Origin: Acidothermaceae bacterium
GTDB lineage: Bacteria; Actinomycetota; Actinomycetes; Acidothermales; Acidothermaceae
Assembly (NCBI GenBank): GCA_036509315.1
Contig: DATCFU010000198.1
Span: 2,107-66,106, forward strand
Direction: 5' to 3'
Length of the DNA stretch: 64,000 nt
Shown here: piece after piece, positions 49,777 to 61,666 of the stretch
How positions within the stretch are numbered: position 1 is the first letter of the stretch
How the letters are laid out: every line of letters begins with the position of its first letter
Notes under the pieces: model-generated
Seen by the model: the letters and a program-made list of their open reading frames with translations, nothing else
Told to the model about the DNA's origin: nothing
Database searches by the model: none
Program-made: the position numbers and the translations under genes

Positions 49777-50817
49777 TTAGCTTGTTGCGACAGTGCGTGC
49801 GCGACAAGGACCGGTCGAGCCGCGTGCAACGAGCGCGACGGGCAAGATCACCGTCTTTGCACTGCTTCCGGGATTTGCGAGCCGATCAAGGAGGAGTTGC
49901 GCCGCTTGCACACCGACCTCGTATTGAGGGAGCCGGACTGTGGTGAGCGGCGGGCTTAACTGATCAACGAACGGCATGTCGTTGAAGCCGACGACGGAGA
50001 CGTCGTCGGGGCAGCGCAGCCCATCTGCATGCACGGCTTGAAGCGCGCCAACCGCGATCATGTCGTTGGCCGCCACGATCGCGGTGAACGACCGATTGGT
50101 GGCGATGAGTGAGCGGGTGCCAACCAGGCCGGCCTCGACGGTGTAACCGTCGCACTCGACAATGTCGGGGCGTCGTGTTCGCAGCCCATGTGCTCGCATG
50201 GCTGCCCGAAACGCGTCCGCGCGAGCGATACCGGTCGACAGCTGGTGTGGGCCAGCGAGATGCGCAATCGATGTGTGACCGAGTTCGGCCAGGTGGTCGA
50301 CCGCCGCCGCTATCCCGGCGGCGTCGTTGCCCAGAACGGCCGAGATGTCGTGGCGATCGGTGGTCCTATTGACCAGAACTATCGCCACGCCTTCCAGTGC
50401 CATGGTCTCGAGGAGACGGTGGTCGCGACGCGCAGTAGCGACGATGAAGCCGTCAACCCGACGGGCCCGCAACGCGTCGATGTGGGTGATCTCGCGCTCG
50501 TCGTCGTTGTCGGTATTCGCCAGCAACGCAACGAAACCGCGAGCCGCGAGGACGTCCTCGATGCCCCGGACGATGGGCGGGAACAGCGGGTTGGTCAGAT
50601 CGGGCAGGACGATACCGATCGTCGATGTGCGCGCGGTGCGCAGACCCTGGGCCAAGGCGTTCGGGGTGTACCCGAGTCGCTGGGCAACGGCGCGCACCCG
50701 ACGTACGGTCTGCTCGCTGACCCGGCTGTCGGTCGCCGGATTCAGGGCGCGCGACGCGGTGGCCTTGTGGACGCCTGCGGCTTTGGCGACGTCCTCGAGA
50801 GTCGGGGCACTCCGCAC
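49777..50817 (-). CDS. LacI family transcriptional regulator
   Basis: HTH TLEDVAKAAGVHKATASRALN followed by a periplasmic-binding-protein-like sugar-sensing core. Confidence 0.9.
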   Translation of the reverse strand: MRSAPTLEDVAKAAGVHKATASRALNPATDSRVSEQTVRRVRAVAQRLGYTPNALAQGLRTARTSTIGIVLPDLTNPLFPPIVRGIEDVLAARGFVALLANTDNDDEREITHIDALRARRVDGFIVATARRDHRLLETMALEGVAIVLVNRTTDRHDISAVLGNDAAGIAAAVDHLAELGHTSIAHLAGPHQLSTGIARADAFRAAMRAHGLRTRRPDIVECDGYTVEAGLVGTRSLIATNRSFTAIVAANDMIAVGALQAVHADGLRCPDDVSVVGFNDMPFVDQLSPPLTTVRLPQYEVGVQAAQLLLDRLANPGSSAKTVILPVALVARGSTGPCRARTVATS

Positions 50818-50895
50818 GTCCTGACGCTAGCGGGCGCGGAATATTCGCACAACCGATTGCGCAAACGCCCGCAGCGAAGAAGGGCTCGACGCCCG

Positions 50896-51432
50896 CTACG
50901 AAAGTCCGAGATCGGCGAGTGAGTACGCGGCTCGATACAGCAGGCCCGCGTCGGCAACCGCGCCCGCTGCACCACGTTCGACGATCACGGCCACCCCAAC
51001 AACCTCGGCGCCCGCTTCGCGTAGCGCCTCCACTGCGGTCAACACCGACCCACCCGTGGTCGAGGTGTCCTCGACCGCAAGCACTCGACGTCCCGCTACG
51101 TCTGGTCCTTCGATGCGGCGTTGCAGACCGTACGCCTTGCCTTCCTTGCGGACGACGAATGCGTCGAGCTTTCGTCCGCGGCCGGCGGCCGCGTGCAACA
51201 TCGCGGTCGCGACCGGATCGGCACCGAGGGTCAGGCCACCGACGGCATCGAAGTCGAGGTCGGCGGTCAGGTCGAGCATCACCGAGCCGACAAGTGGTGC
51301 GGCGGCAGCGTCGAGTGTGACGCGGCGCAGGTCGACGTAGTAGTCGGCCTCGCGGCCCGAGCTCAGCGTCACCTTCCCGTGCACAACAGCCTTGGACGTG
51401 ATCTCTTGCAGCAGTGCGTCGCGGTCGCTCAT
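50896..51432 (-). CDS. pyrE: orotate phosphoribosyltransferase
   Basis: MSDRDALLQEITSKAVVHGKVTLSSGREADYYVD and the PRPP loop VLAVEDTSTTGGS. I set the start at ATG 51432. Confidence 0.9.
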   Translation of the reverse strand: MSDRDALLQEITSKAVVHGKVTLSSGREADYYVDLRRVTLDAAAAPLVGSVMLDLTADLDFDAVGGLTLGADPVATAMLHAAAGRGRKLDAFVVRKEGKAYGLQRRIEGPDVAGRRVLAVEDTSTTGGSVLTAVEALREAGAEVVGVAVIVERGAAGAVADAGLLYRAAYSLADLGLS

Positions 51433-51469
51433 GGCGCAGGAGCCTAACGGTTCGCCCCCACATATCGAC

Positions 51470-52255
51470 CTAGCGGTTCGGCGTAGCTGTTCGACTGCGT
51501 GGGCGACGAAGGTTGCGGGCACGTGCGACGAGGGTCGCCGGCGCGAGCCGGCCGGCCCCGACGATCAGCTTGTAGCGAAGGCTCGGAATGCTGACGGCCT
51601 TGCCACGGCGCAGATCGTCGAGGCACGCGTCGACTACTTGGTCGACGCTTAGCCACATCCACGTCGGCGCGTTCGAGACGTCGACGTCGCCTCGCTCGTG
51701 GAACTCGGTGTGGACGAGGCCCGGGCACAACGCGATCGCACGCACGCCGCTGCCGGTCAGTAGCAGAGAAAGGCTTTCGCTGAATCGCACCGCCCACGCC
51801 TTCGCTGCTCCGTACGTGCTGTGGTTGAGGAACCCCGCGATGCTCGCGACCGTGATGATGATGCCGCTGTCGCGCGTCTGCATTCCGGGCAGCGCGGCCT
51901 TGGTGATGCGCATCGGCGCGCGGATCATGACCCGGAGCATTTGCTCTTCGTCGGCAATCGCCGAATGCAAAAAGTCGCGACCCATCCCGAAACCGGCATT
52001 GTTGACCAGGACGTCGATTGGCTGGTCTTCGTCGGCAACGCGCGCCTCGACAGCGGCACACCCCGCATCGGTGCCGAGGTCGGCGACCAGCACCTCGACG
52101 TCCACTTGCCATTGCTCGTGAAGGCTTGCGGCTTGGGCATCCAGGCGGGCGCGGTCGCGAGCGACCAGCACCAGATTGTGGTCGAGCTTGGCGTAGATCT
52201 CGGCGAATCCGGCGCCGATCCCTGAAGTCGATCCGGTGATAAGGGCCGTCGGCAT
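51470..52255 (-). CDS. SDR family oxidoreductase
   Basis: TGSTSGIGAG cofactor motif and a YGAAK catalytic motif. I set the start at ATG 52255. Confidence 0.85.
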   Translation of the reverse strand: MPTALITGSTSGIGAGFAEIYAKLDHNLVLVARDRARLDAQAASLHEQWQVDVEVLVADLGTDAGCAAVEARVADEDQPIDVLVNNAGFGMGRDFLHSAIADEEQMLRVMIRAPMRITKAALPGMQTRDSGIIITVASIAGFLNHSTYGAAKAWAVRFSESLSLLLTGSGVRAIALCPGLVHTEFHERGDVDVSNAPTWMWLSVDQVVDACLDDLRRGKAVSIPSLRYKLIVGAGRLAPATLVARARNLRRPRSRTATPNR

Positions 52256-52403
52256 GTGCTCAGCGTGCCAGACTGACGGCAATGCGTCAGGCTGGCCGTC
52301 GCAGGCCGCACGACTGGTAGCCGCGGGGCTTGCTGCCGCACGGCCGCAGGTCAGTAACTCCGAAAGGGCCCGTTCGCTTCTCCGGACTCACTAGGCTGAC
52401 CGC

Positions 52404-53564
52404 GTGCCGGGCAACCCTCTCGTGCCGCGCCTCCAAGGGCTCGGGACCACGATCTTTGCCGAGATGTCGGCGCTGGCGCTGGAAACCGGGTCTATCAACC
52501 TCGGGCAGGGCTTACCCGACGTCGACGGCCCGGATCTCATCAAGCAAGCAGCGGTCGATGCGATCTGGGCCGGGCGCAATCAATATCCGCCGGGCATTGG
52601 CGTCCCGGAACTGCGGCTGGCCATCGCCGAGCATCAGCGCCGGTTCTACAACCTCGAGCTTGACCCCGATTCCGAGGTGTTGGTCACAGCCGGCGCGACT
52701 GAGGCCGTCGCCGCGGCCATGCTCGCGATGGTCGATGCCGGCGACGAAGTCATCGCGTTGGAGCCGTACTACGACTCCTACGTCGCTTCGATCGTCATGG
52801 CAGGCGGCGTACGGGTGCCGGTTACGTTGCGCGCACCCGATTTCCGGCTGGACGTCGAGCGGTTGCGCGCTGCGGTCACTCCCCGTACGCGACTCATTCT
52901 GCTGAACTCACCACACAATCCGACCGGCACTATCTTGACCCGCGAAGAGCTGCAAGCGGTCGCATCAGTGGCGATCGAACACGACTTGTATGTCGTCACC
53001 GACGAGGTGTACGAGCACTTGGTCTACGACGGTGAGCATGTGCCGATTGCCGGGCTGCCAGGCATGTGGGAACGGACGTTGACGATCTCATCAGCTGGCA
53101 AGACGTTTGCCCTGACCGGCTGGAAGATCGGCTGGGTAACAGGACCCGGGGCCTTGGTTGCCGCCGTCCGCACTACCAAGCAGTTCTTGACTTATGTCAA
53201 CGGCGCGCCCTTCCAACCCGCGGTAGCAGTCGGTCTAGGGCTCGACGATTCGTTTTATGCCACGCTCGCCGGAGACCTGCGGCGTAAGCGCGATCTGCTG
53301 TGCGCCGGCCTTGCGTCCGTCGGGTTTTCGGTGTTCGTCCCGGCCGGGACGTACTTCGTCACTACCGACGTGCGCCCTCTCGGCTGCGACGACGGTGTGA
53401 CATTCTGCCGCGACCTGCCCAAACGCGCGGGTGTGGTCGCGATTCCCCATTCAGTCTTCTACGACAACATCGAGACAGGGCGTCCGTTGGTGCGGTTTGC
53501 TTTCTGCAAGCGCGACGAAGTGCTGATCGAAGCAATCTCTCGGTTGGGCCAACTTGTTTCCTAG
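52404..53564 (+). CDS. PLP-dependent aminotransferase class I/II (DapC/methionine-aminotransferase-like)
   Basis: NSPHNPTG and SSAGKTFALTGWKIGW motifs. Confidence 0.85.
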   Translation: MPGNPLVPRLQGLGTTIFAEMSALALETGSINLGQGLPDVDGPDLIKQAAVDAIWAGRNQYPPGIGVPELRLAIAEHQRRFYNLELDPDSEVLVTAGATEAVAAAMLAMVDAGDEVIALEPYYDSYVASIVMAGGVRVPVTLRAPDFRLDVERLRAAVTPRTRLILLNSPHNPTGTILTREELQAVASVAIEHDLYVVTDEVYEHLVYDGEHVPIAGLPGMWERTLTISSAGKTFALTGWKIGWVTGPGALVAAVRTTKQFLTYVNGAPFQPAVAVGLGLDDSFYATLAGDLRRKRDLLCAGLASVGFSVFVPAGTYFVTTDVRPLGCDDGVTFCRDLPKRAGVVAIPHSVFYDNIETGRPLVRFAFCKRDEVLIEAISRLGQLVS

Positions 53565-53582
53565 CCTCGCTGGAGGTCGTCG

Positions 53583-54515
53583 GTGATTTTGGTGTGCGGG
53601 GAAACCCTGATCGATCTCGTCCACGTCGACGGCGAGATATGGCGAGCACTGCCTGGGGGATCGCCTGCCAACACCGCGGTTGCATTGGCCCGATTGAGTA
53701 CGTCGACGGCCATGCTCGCCCGTATCTCCGGCGACGCCTTCGGTGTGCGGTTGCGCGAGAGGCTCGTCGGCGATGGTGTCGACGTTCGATATGTGGTGAA
53801 GGCTGCCGAGCAGAGTTCGATGGCGGTCGTTGACCTCCGTGATGACGGCAGCGCACGTTACAGCTTCTACCTTCGCGACACAGCCGACTGGCAGTGGGTC
53901 ACCAACGATTTGCCCGTGGCGTTCGATCCGTCTGTGACGGCACTGCACGCAGGTTCGATGGCTCTGCTGATGCCGCCAGGGGGCGTGGTCCTTGAGGCGA
54001 TGCTTGGACGCGAGCGGTCGCAGCGCGTGGTGTCGATCGACCCGAATGTGCGCGCAACGATCTGTCCCGATCCGCGTGCGTACAGGGAATCGGTCGAGCG
54101 CTGGCTCGGCCTCGCGCACATTGTCAAAGCCAGTGTCGACGACGTGAATTGGCTGTATCCGGATCGCTCCCATGCCGACGTGCTCGCCGAATGGTCGACG
54201 CGCGGCCCGTCGCTGGTCGTGTTCACCAGGAGTGCCGACGGGGCCTTGGCGCGACTGCCGTCCGGACTTGAGGTCGGCGTCGGTGGCATCGATGTCGAAG
54301 TGGCCGACACGATCGGGGCCGGCGACACGTTCACGGCTGGCCTTCTGCACGCACTCGACGAGGCCGGGCTCCTGAACATTGCAGCACTTGCGCAACTGAG
54401 CGCCGAGCAGGTCGAAGAGGCGGTGCGGTTCGCCGTCCTCGTGTCGGCAGTTGCGTGCACCCGCGCCGGATCCGACCCCCCTTACCTAACCGACCTGCCA
54501 GCGCTCAGCAACTAG
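53583..54515 (+). CDS. PfkB family carbohydrate kinase (fructokinase-like)
   Basis: N-terminus ILVCGETLIDLV, a PGGSPANTA motif and the C-terminal DTIGAGDTFTAG ATP motif. Confidence 0.8.
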   Translation: MILVCGETLIDLVHVDGEIWRALPGGSPANTAVALARLSTSTAMLARISGDAFGVRLRERLVGDGVDVRYVVKAAEQSSMAVVDLRDDGSARYSFYLRDTADWQWVTNDLPVAFDPSVTALHAGSMALLMPPGGVVLEAMLGRERSQRVVSIDPNVRATICPDPRAYRESVERWLGLAHIVKASVDDVNWLYPDRSHADVLAEWSTRGPSLVVFTRSADGALARLPSGLEVGVGGIDVEVADTIGAGDTFTAGLLHALDEAGLLNIAALAQLSAEQVEEAVRFAVLVSAVACTRAGSDPPYLTDLPALSN

Positions 54516-54533
54516 AGGCGGTCGGCTCAGGTG

Positions 54534-54573
54534 TTGAAGTCCAGCGCACGTTCTTGCGTGCGCTGGACTTCAA
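54534..54573. terminator. bidirectional hairpin between the convergent PfkB kinase and clpB genes
   Basis: A perfect 17-bp stem, TTGAAGTCCAGCGCACG (54534-54550) pairing with CGTGCGCTGGACTTCAA (54557-54573), with loop TTCTTG. It lies between stop codons at 54513-54515 and 54579-54581. Confidence 0.7.
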
Positions 54574-54578
54574 TGCTC

Positions 54579-57158
54579 CTAGGCGGCGTGGATGACGAGC
54601 GCGTCCTTCGACGCGGCAACGTCGACTGAGACGGTTTCGCCATCGCGGATCTCACCGGAGAGCAACCCGCGCGCGAGCTGGTCACCGATCGCCGACTGCA
54701 CCAATCGTCGCAAAGGCCGGGCGCCGTACAACGGGTCGAAGCCGGTCAGTGCGAGCCACTCCAATGCGGCCGGTGTCACCGACAACGTGAGCCGCCGATC
54801 AGCCAAGCGGGCTTGCAGGCGGGCGATCTGCAGATCGACGATTCGGGTCAGGTCATCGGTGCCGAGCGGGTCGAACAGGATCACCTCATCGAGGCGGTTC
54901 AGGAACTCAGGCTTGAAGGTGGCCCGCACCAGCGACATCACTGCGTCGCGGCGCGTGTCGTCGTCGAGTGTCGGATCGATGAGGTACATCGAGCCCAGGT
55001 TCGACGTAAGGATCAAGATCGTGTTGCGGAAGTCGACCGTACGACCCTGACCATCGGTCAGCCGGCCGTCGTCAAGCACCTGCAACAACACATCGAAGAC
55101 CTCGGGGTGAGCCTTCTCGACTTCGTCGAGCAGGACGACGCAGTACGGACGACGACGAACGGCCTCCGTTAGTTGTCCGCCCTCTTCGTAGCCGACGTAT
55201 CCAGGGGGCGCACCGACCAATCGTGCGACGGAGTGCTTCTCGGAGTACTCACTCATGTCGATGCGCACGATCGCGCGCTCGTCGTCGAAGAGGAAGTCGG
55301 CGAGTGCCTTTGCCAACTCCGTCTTCCCCACTCCGGTCGGACCAAGGAACAGGAACGATCCGGTCGGCCGGTCGGGGTCGGAGATGCCTGCCCTCGCACG
55401 ACGTACCGCATCAGAAACCGCTGCTACTGCCTGCTTTTGGCCGATCAACCGATGGCCGAGTTCGGACTCCATGCGCAGCAGCTTGCCGGTCTCGCCCTCG
55501 AGAAGACGGCCGGCTGGAATGCCTGTCCATGCGCCGACGACCTCCGCGATGTCATCGGGGCCGACCTCTTCCTTCACCACCGCCCCGCCGCCGGCTTCGG
55601 CCTTGCCTGCTTCGGCAAGTGATCGCTCGAGGGTTGGAATATCGGCGTACATCAATCGGGACGCCGTTTCGAAGTCGCCGTCGCGTTGCGCGCGTTCGGC
55701 TTGACCGCGTGCATCGTCGAGACTTTGCTTCAGTTCACCGACGCGGTTGAGGCCGGCCTTCTCGATGTCCCATCGTGCGGTGAGCGCACTGAGCTGCTCT
55801 TGGCGATCGGCGAGTTCGGCTCGCAGCCGCTCGAGGCGCTCTCGGCTCGCGGCGTCATCTTCGTGCGCGAGTGCAAGCTCCTCCATCTTCATCCGGTCGA
55901 CGACACGTCGCAGCTCGTCGATCTCGACCGGCGACGAGTCGATCTCCATGCGCAGGCGCGACGCCGCCTCATCGACGAGATCGATGGCCTTGTCCGGCAG
56001 GAAGCGGCCGGTGATGTAGCGGTCAGACAACGTCGCTGCGGCCACCAATGCGGCGTCCGATATCTGCACCTTGTGGTGCGCCTCGTAGCGCGACTTCAAC
56101 CCACGCAAGATGCCGATGGTGTCTTCAACGCTAGGCTCGCCGACCAGGACCGGCTGGAAGCGCCGTTCCAAAGCGGGATCCTTCTCGATGCGCTCGCGAT
56201 ACTCGTCCAAGGTTGTCGCACCGACCATGCGCAGCTCGCCACGCGCCAACATGGGTTTGAGCATGTTGCCAGCGTCCATCGCACCCTCTGCAGCGCCCGC
56301 GCCGACGACGGTGTGCAGCTCGTCGATGAAGGTGATGACCTGCCCGTCCGAGCTCTTGATCTCGTTCAGCACGGCCTTCAGCCGCTCTTCGAACTCGCCC
56401 CGGTACTTCGCGCCCGCGATCATCGCGCCGAGGTCGAGCGCGATCAGCCGCTTGCCGCGCAACGATTCCGGAACGTCGCCCGCGACAATGCGTTGAGCGA
56501 GGCCTTCGACGACCGCTGTCTTGCCGACGCCCGGCTCCCCGATGAGCACCGGGTTGTTTTTCGTGCGGCGCGCGAGCACCTGCACGACACGGCGGATCTC
56601 GGTGTCGCGACCGATGATCGGGTCGAGCTCGCCACCGCGTGCACGCGCTGTCAGGTCGACGCCGTACTTCTCCAGTGCCTGAAACGTCGACTCGGGGTCG
56701 GGAGAGGTCACGCGCGCGTGTCCGCGAACGGATTCGAACGCGCCGAGCAGCGCCTTTGGGGTCGCACTGTGACGCCGCAACAACGACGCGACTTCGCCAC
56801 CTTCGTCGGCTAGGCCGACGAGGAGATGCTCAGTCGAGATGTACTCGTCGCCCAGGTCGGTGGCCCGCTTCGCCGCGGCACTGATGACCTGCATCGACGG
56901 GCGGTCCATGCCGGGCGCGGCAACCGTCGATCCGGTAGCCCGCGGAAGTCGCGCAGTGATCTGGTCGGCCTCGCCGCGAAGCGTGCTGAGTGACACTCCG
57001 ACGGCTTCGAGCAGTGGTGCGGCCGTACCGTCGGCCTGCCCCATCAGCGCGAGGAGCAGATGCACGGGCTCAACATGCGGATTGCCTTCAGCAACGGCCC
57101 GTTGAATAGCGCTGGCGACTGCCTCTTGGCTCTTGGTGGTCAGCTTGTACGTGTCCAT
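54579..57158 (-). CDS. clpB: ATP-dependent chaperone ClpB
   Basis: [15 protein letters not shown]-terminus, two AAA+ modules ([18 protein letters not shown]) and a long coiled-coil middle domain. I set the start at ATG 57158, not the TTG at 57251. Confidence 0.95.
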   Translation of the reverse strand: MDTYKLTTKSQEAVASAIQRAVAEGNPHVEPVHLLLALMGQADGTAAPLLEAVGVSLSTLRGEADQITARLPRATGSTVAAPGMDRPSMQVISAAAKRATDLGDEYISTEHLLVGLADEGGEVASLLRRHSATPKALLGAFESVRGHARVTSPDPESTFQALEKYGVDLTARARGGELDPIIGRDTEIRRVVQVLARRTKNNPVLIGEPGVGKTAVVEGLAQRIVAGDVPESLRGKRLIALDLGAMIAGAKYRGEFEERLKAVLNEIKSSDGQVITFIDELHTVVGAGAAEGAMDAGNMLKPMLARGELRMVGATTLDEYRERIEKDPALERRFQPVLVGEPSVEDTIGILRGLKSRYEAHHKVQISDAALVAAATLSDRYITGRFLPDKAIDLVDEAASRLRMEIDSSPVEIDELRRVVDRMKMEELALAHEDDAASRERLERLRAELADRQEQLSALTARWDIEKAGLNRVGELKQSLDDARGQAERAQRDGDFETASRLMYADIPTLERSLAEAGKAEAGGGAVVKEEVGPDDIAEVVGAWTGIPAGRLLEGETGKLLRMESELGHRLIGQKQAVAAVSDAVRRARAGISDPDRPTGSFLFLGPTGVGKTELAKALADFLFDDERAIVRIDMSEYSEKHSVARLVGAPPGYVGYEEGGQLTEAVRRRPYCVVLLDEVEKAHPEVFDVLLQVLDDGRLTDGQGRTVDFRNTILILTSNLGSMYLIDPTLDDDTRRDAVMSLVRATFKPEFLNRLDEVILFDPLGTDDLTRIVDLQIARLQARLADRRLTLSVTPAALEWLALTGFDPLYGARPLRRLVQSAIGDQLARGLLSGEIRDGETVSVDVAASKDALVIHAA

Positions 57159-57162
57159 CGGA

Positions 57163-57600
57163 TCACTCTCCGAACTGCGGGACGTCGGGTCGGACGCCGA
57201 AGGGCTGGCTTGGCCAGACCACGGCGACCGCTGCTTGTCGCAGGGGGACAAGATCGCGGCGGTGTGACGCGTGGGCCTCGGCGACCCGGCGAGCTGCGGT
57301 GGAGTGCACGAGTTCGAGTTCGTGCGCCAACTCGGCCACCCGCTGCTGCAGTGCAGTGACCTGGTTCTCGAGCTCGAGAATTCGCTTGATGCCGGCCAGG
57401 TTCACGCCGTGCTCCTGCGACAGCCGCTGCACTTCGCGTAATTGCGAGATGTCGCGGCTTGAGTAACGCCGGCCACGGCCGGGCGCACGATCGGGTGAAA
57501 CCAGGCCGAGCTTGTCGTAGGCGCGCAGCGTCTGCGGGTGCAGGCCAGACAGTTGGGCAGCGACCGAGATCACGAATACGGGGCTGATGTCTTCACGCAT
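57163..57600 (-). CDS. hspR: MerR-family heat-shock repressor HspR
   Basis: [31 protein letters not shown]...[12 protein letters not shown]. It is the last of the dnaK-grpE-dnaJ genes. Confidence 0.9.
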   Translation of the reverse strand: MREDISPVFVISVAAQLSGLHPQTLRAYDKLGLVSPDRAPGRGRRYSSRDISQLREVQRLSQEHGVNLAGIKRILELENQVTALQQRVAELAHELELVHSTAARRVAEAHASHRRDLVPLRQAAVAVVWPSQPFGVRPDVPQFGE

Positions 57601-57603
57601 CAG

Positions 57604-58782
57604 TTACTCACCTTCCAGCAGGTGCGCTCGCGGATTGTCTGCCGACGTTGCTTCGCGGTAGGCCTCGAGCGCTTCCTTTGCCTTTCCAGAAACCTTGTGT
57701 GGCACGGCGACTTCGATGGTGACCAGCTGGTCGCCCTTGGTGCCGTCGCGCCGAGTGACGCCCTTACCGCGTACCCGCAACACTCGCCCGTTTGTCGTGC
57801 CAGCCGGCAGTTTCAGGGTCACCGGCGGCCCGTCGAGCGTCGGTACCTTGATCTCCGAGCCGAGTGCCGCCTCCGGGAACGTGACCGGCACCGTGATCGT
57901 AAGGTTGTCGCTGGCGCGGCCGAACAACGCGTGCGGCCGCACATGCACGAGCACGATGAGATCGCCCGCCGGACCGCCGCGTTCACCAGGAGAACCCTTG
58001 CCCTTCAGGCGAATCCGCTGACCGTCGTTGACGCCGGCCGGGATGCGCACCTGCATGGTGTGCTCACTCATTGCGCGCCCGCTGCCGTGACAGACCGGGC
58101 ACGGGTCATCGACCAGCAGGCCGCGGCCGCGACAGTCGCGGCAGGGCTCTGAGAACGCAAACCCACCCGCACCCCGCGACGTCACGCCGGTGCCGCTACA
58201 GGTCGGACATACGCGCGGCGTCGTGCCCGCCTTCGCGCCGGTGCCTTTACACGCACTGCACGGTTGAGGGGTCGCCATACGCAACGCGACGGTCTCGCCA
58301 TGCACGGCGTGCTCGAAGTCGAGAGTCACTTCGGTTTCGACATCGGCGCCGCGCCGCGGCTGTTGCGAGGTCGCGCCCGCCCGGCGTCCGCCGCTGAAGA
58401 TCCCACCAAGGATGTCGCCGAGCCCACCGGCAGCGCCTGCGCCACCTGCACGCGCGTTGCCTAGGAGATCGCCGAGGTCGAAGTTGAAGCCGCCGGGTGC
58501 ACCAGCACCGGCGCCGCCACTGCCGGGCATGCGGAATCCGCCGCTACCGAACAGCGACCTTGCCTCGTCGTACTCCTTGCGCGTCTTCTCATCCGAGAGC
58601 ACGTCGTAGGCCTCGGAGATCTCCTTGAACTTCTCCTCGGACTTCGCGCTGCCGGTATTCGCGTCCGGGTGATGCACTCGCGCGAGCTTGCGGTACGCCT
58701 TCTTGATCTCCGCCGCCGTCGCGTCTTTCGGGACGCCGAGTGACTTGTAGTAGTCCTTCTCGATGTAATCGCGGGTGCTCAT
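57604..58782 (-). CDS. dnaJ: molecular chaperone DnaJ
   Basis: J domain (DYYKSLGV...HPD), a Gly-rich linker and four CxxCxGxG motifs ([32 protein letters not shown]). Confidence 0.95.
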   Translation of the reverse strand: MSTRDYIEKDYYKSLGVPKDATAAEIKKAYRKLARVHHPDANTGSAKSEEKFKEISEAYDVLSDEKTRKEYDEARSLFGSGGFRMPGSGGAGAGAPGGFNFDLGDLLGNARAGGAGAAGGLGDILGGIFSGGRRAGATSQQPRRGADVETEVTLDFEHAVHGETVALRMATPQPCSACKGTGAKAGTTPRVCPTCSGTGVTSRGAGGFAFSEPCRDCRGRGLLVDDPCPVCHGSGRAMSEHTMQVRIPAGVNDGQRIRLKGKGSPGERGGPAGDLIVLVHVRPHALFGRASDNLTITVPVTFPEAALGSEIKVPTLDGPPVTLKLPAGTTNGRVLRVRGKGVTRRDGTKGDQLVTIEVAVPHKVSGKAKEALEAYREATSADNPRAHLLEGE

Positions 58783-58809
58783 CGGCGTCCCTCCCTTCTG
58801 TTCTTGCAG

Positions 58810-59501
58810 TTATTGCAACGGGTCGGACGGCGAGGGGCTGGCGTCTGCGTCGACCTCTTCGTCGTCGACCGGCACCTCCAGATCGACCGGCAGTGAGACA
58901 GTCGGCTCCGCGACCGCGACCCGCGCCGGCCGCACGACGCGGCCCGCGTAGCTGTAACCGGGCTGCAGGATTTGCACAGCCGTCGGCTCGATGACTTCGT
59001 CGGAGTACGAATGCATCAAAGCTTCGTGTTGTGTCGGGTCGAACCGATCGCCCGGCTGCCCGAAGCGGGTCAGCCCGAGCTTGGTGACGGCCGCATCGAG
59101 TGCCTCGGCGACTTGCCGAAATCCACCTTCGAGCTCGCCGTGCTCGCGCGCTCGGCCGATGTCATCGAGAACCGGAAGCAATGCGGACAGCGCGTCGCCG
59201 ACGGCGAACTCTCGCACCGCTTCGCGGTCACGTTCAACGCGCTTGCGGTAGTTCGCGTACTCGGCCTGCACCCGCTGGAGATCTGCCGTTCGTTCGGCCA
59301 ACTCGGTGCGCAACTGCGACAGCTCGATCGAGTCGACACCGGGCCCGCGCCCGGATGGGCCCACAGATGAGGGCCCGGATGGGCCCCCCAAAGGGGACCC
59401 ACCTGCGGGCGTCGGGTCGTGCGACACCGCGCCTGACGTCGGATCGAAATGCACCCGGCGCTTGTCACGAACCACGGGCTGCTCGAACGGATCCGAGCCG
59501 C

Positions 59502-59505
<4 letters not shown>
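58810..59505 (-). CDS. grpE: nucleotide exchange factor GrpE
   Basis: [18 protein letters not shown] coiled coil and a C-terminal beta domain. GTGA overlap with the dnaK stop. Confidence 0.93.
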
Positions 59506-61373
<1,868 letters not shown>

Positions 61374-61425
61374 GGGAGTCTCCTTCGAAGCTCGATCTGT
61401 TTAGAAAAACCTGATCTGGTAGAAA

Positions 61426-61446
61426 CTTGAGTCCGTGCCACTCATG
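61426..61446. promoter_or_regulatory. HspR-associated inverted repeat (HAIR) upstream of dnaK
   Basis: CTTGAGT-CCGTGCC-ACTCATG differs from the consensus CTTGAGT-N7-ACTCAAG by one mismatch. It lies 53 nt upstream of the dnaK start. Confidence 0.75.
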
Positions 61447-61477
61447 TTAGTCGGCGGCGGCAGGATGTCAAGGCGAA

Positions 61478-61498
61478 GTTGAGTGTGTTCGGCTCAAC
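61478..61498. promoter_or_regulatory. second, weaker HAIR-like inverted repeat
   Basis: GTTGAGT-GTGTTCG-GCTCAAC has two mismatches per arm set against the HAIR consensus, but it is a perfect 7-bp palindrome in itself (AGTTGAG/CTCAACT). Confidence 0.5.
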
Positions 61499-61666
61499 TT
61501 TGAGAAGCGAACAAATCACTCTGCGAAGTCGGCTTGCATCGAGCGGGATGTTGAGCGGGATTGCGCATAGCCGCAGGCGGGTGGGGTAGTTTCGCCGAGC
61601 GGCGCGCACTAGCCTCGGGAAGCCGAGGCGGTCCACAAGTGACGCCTGAGGTCTATTCGGAGGTCG

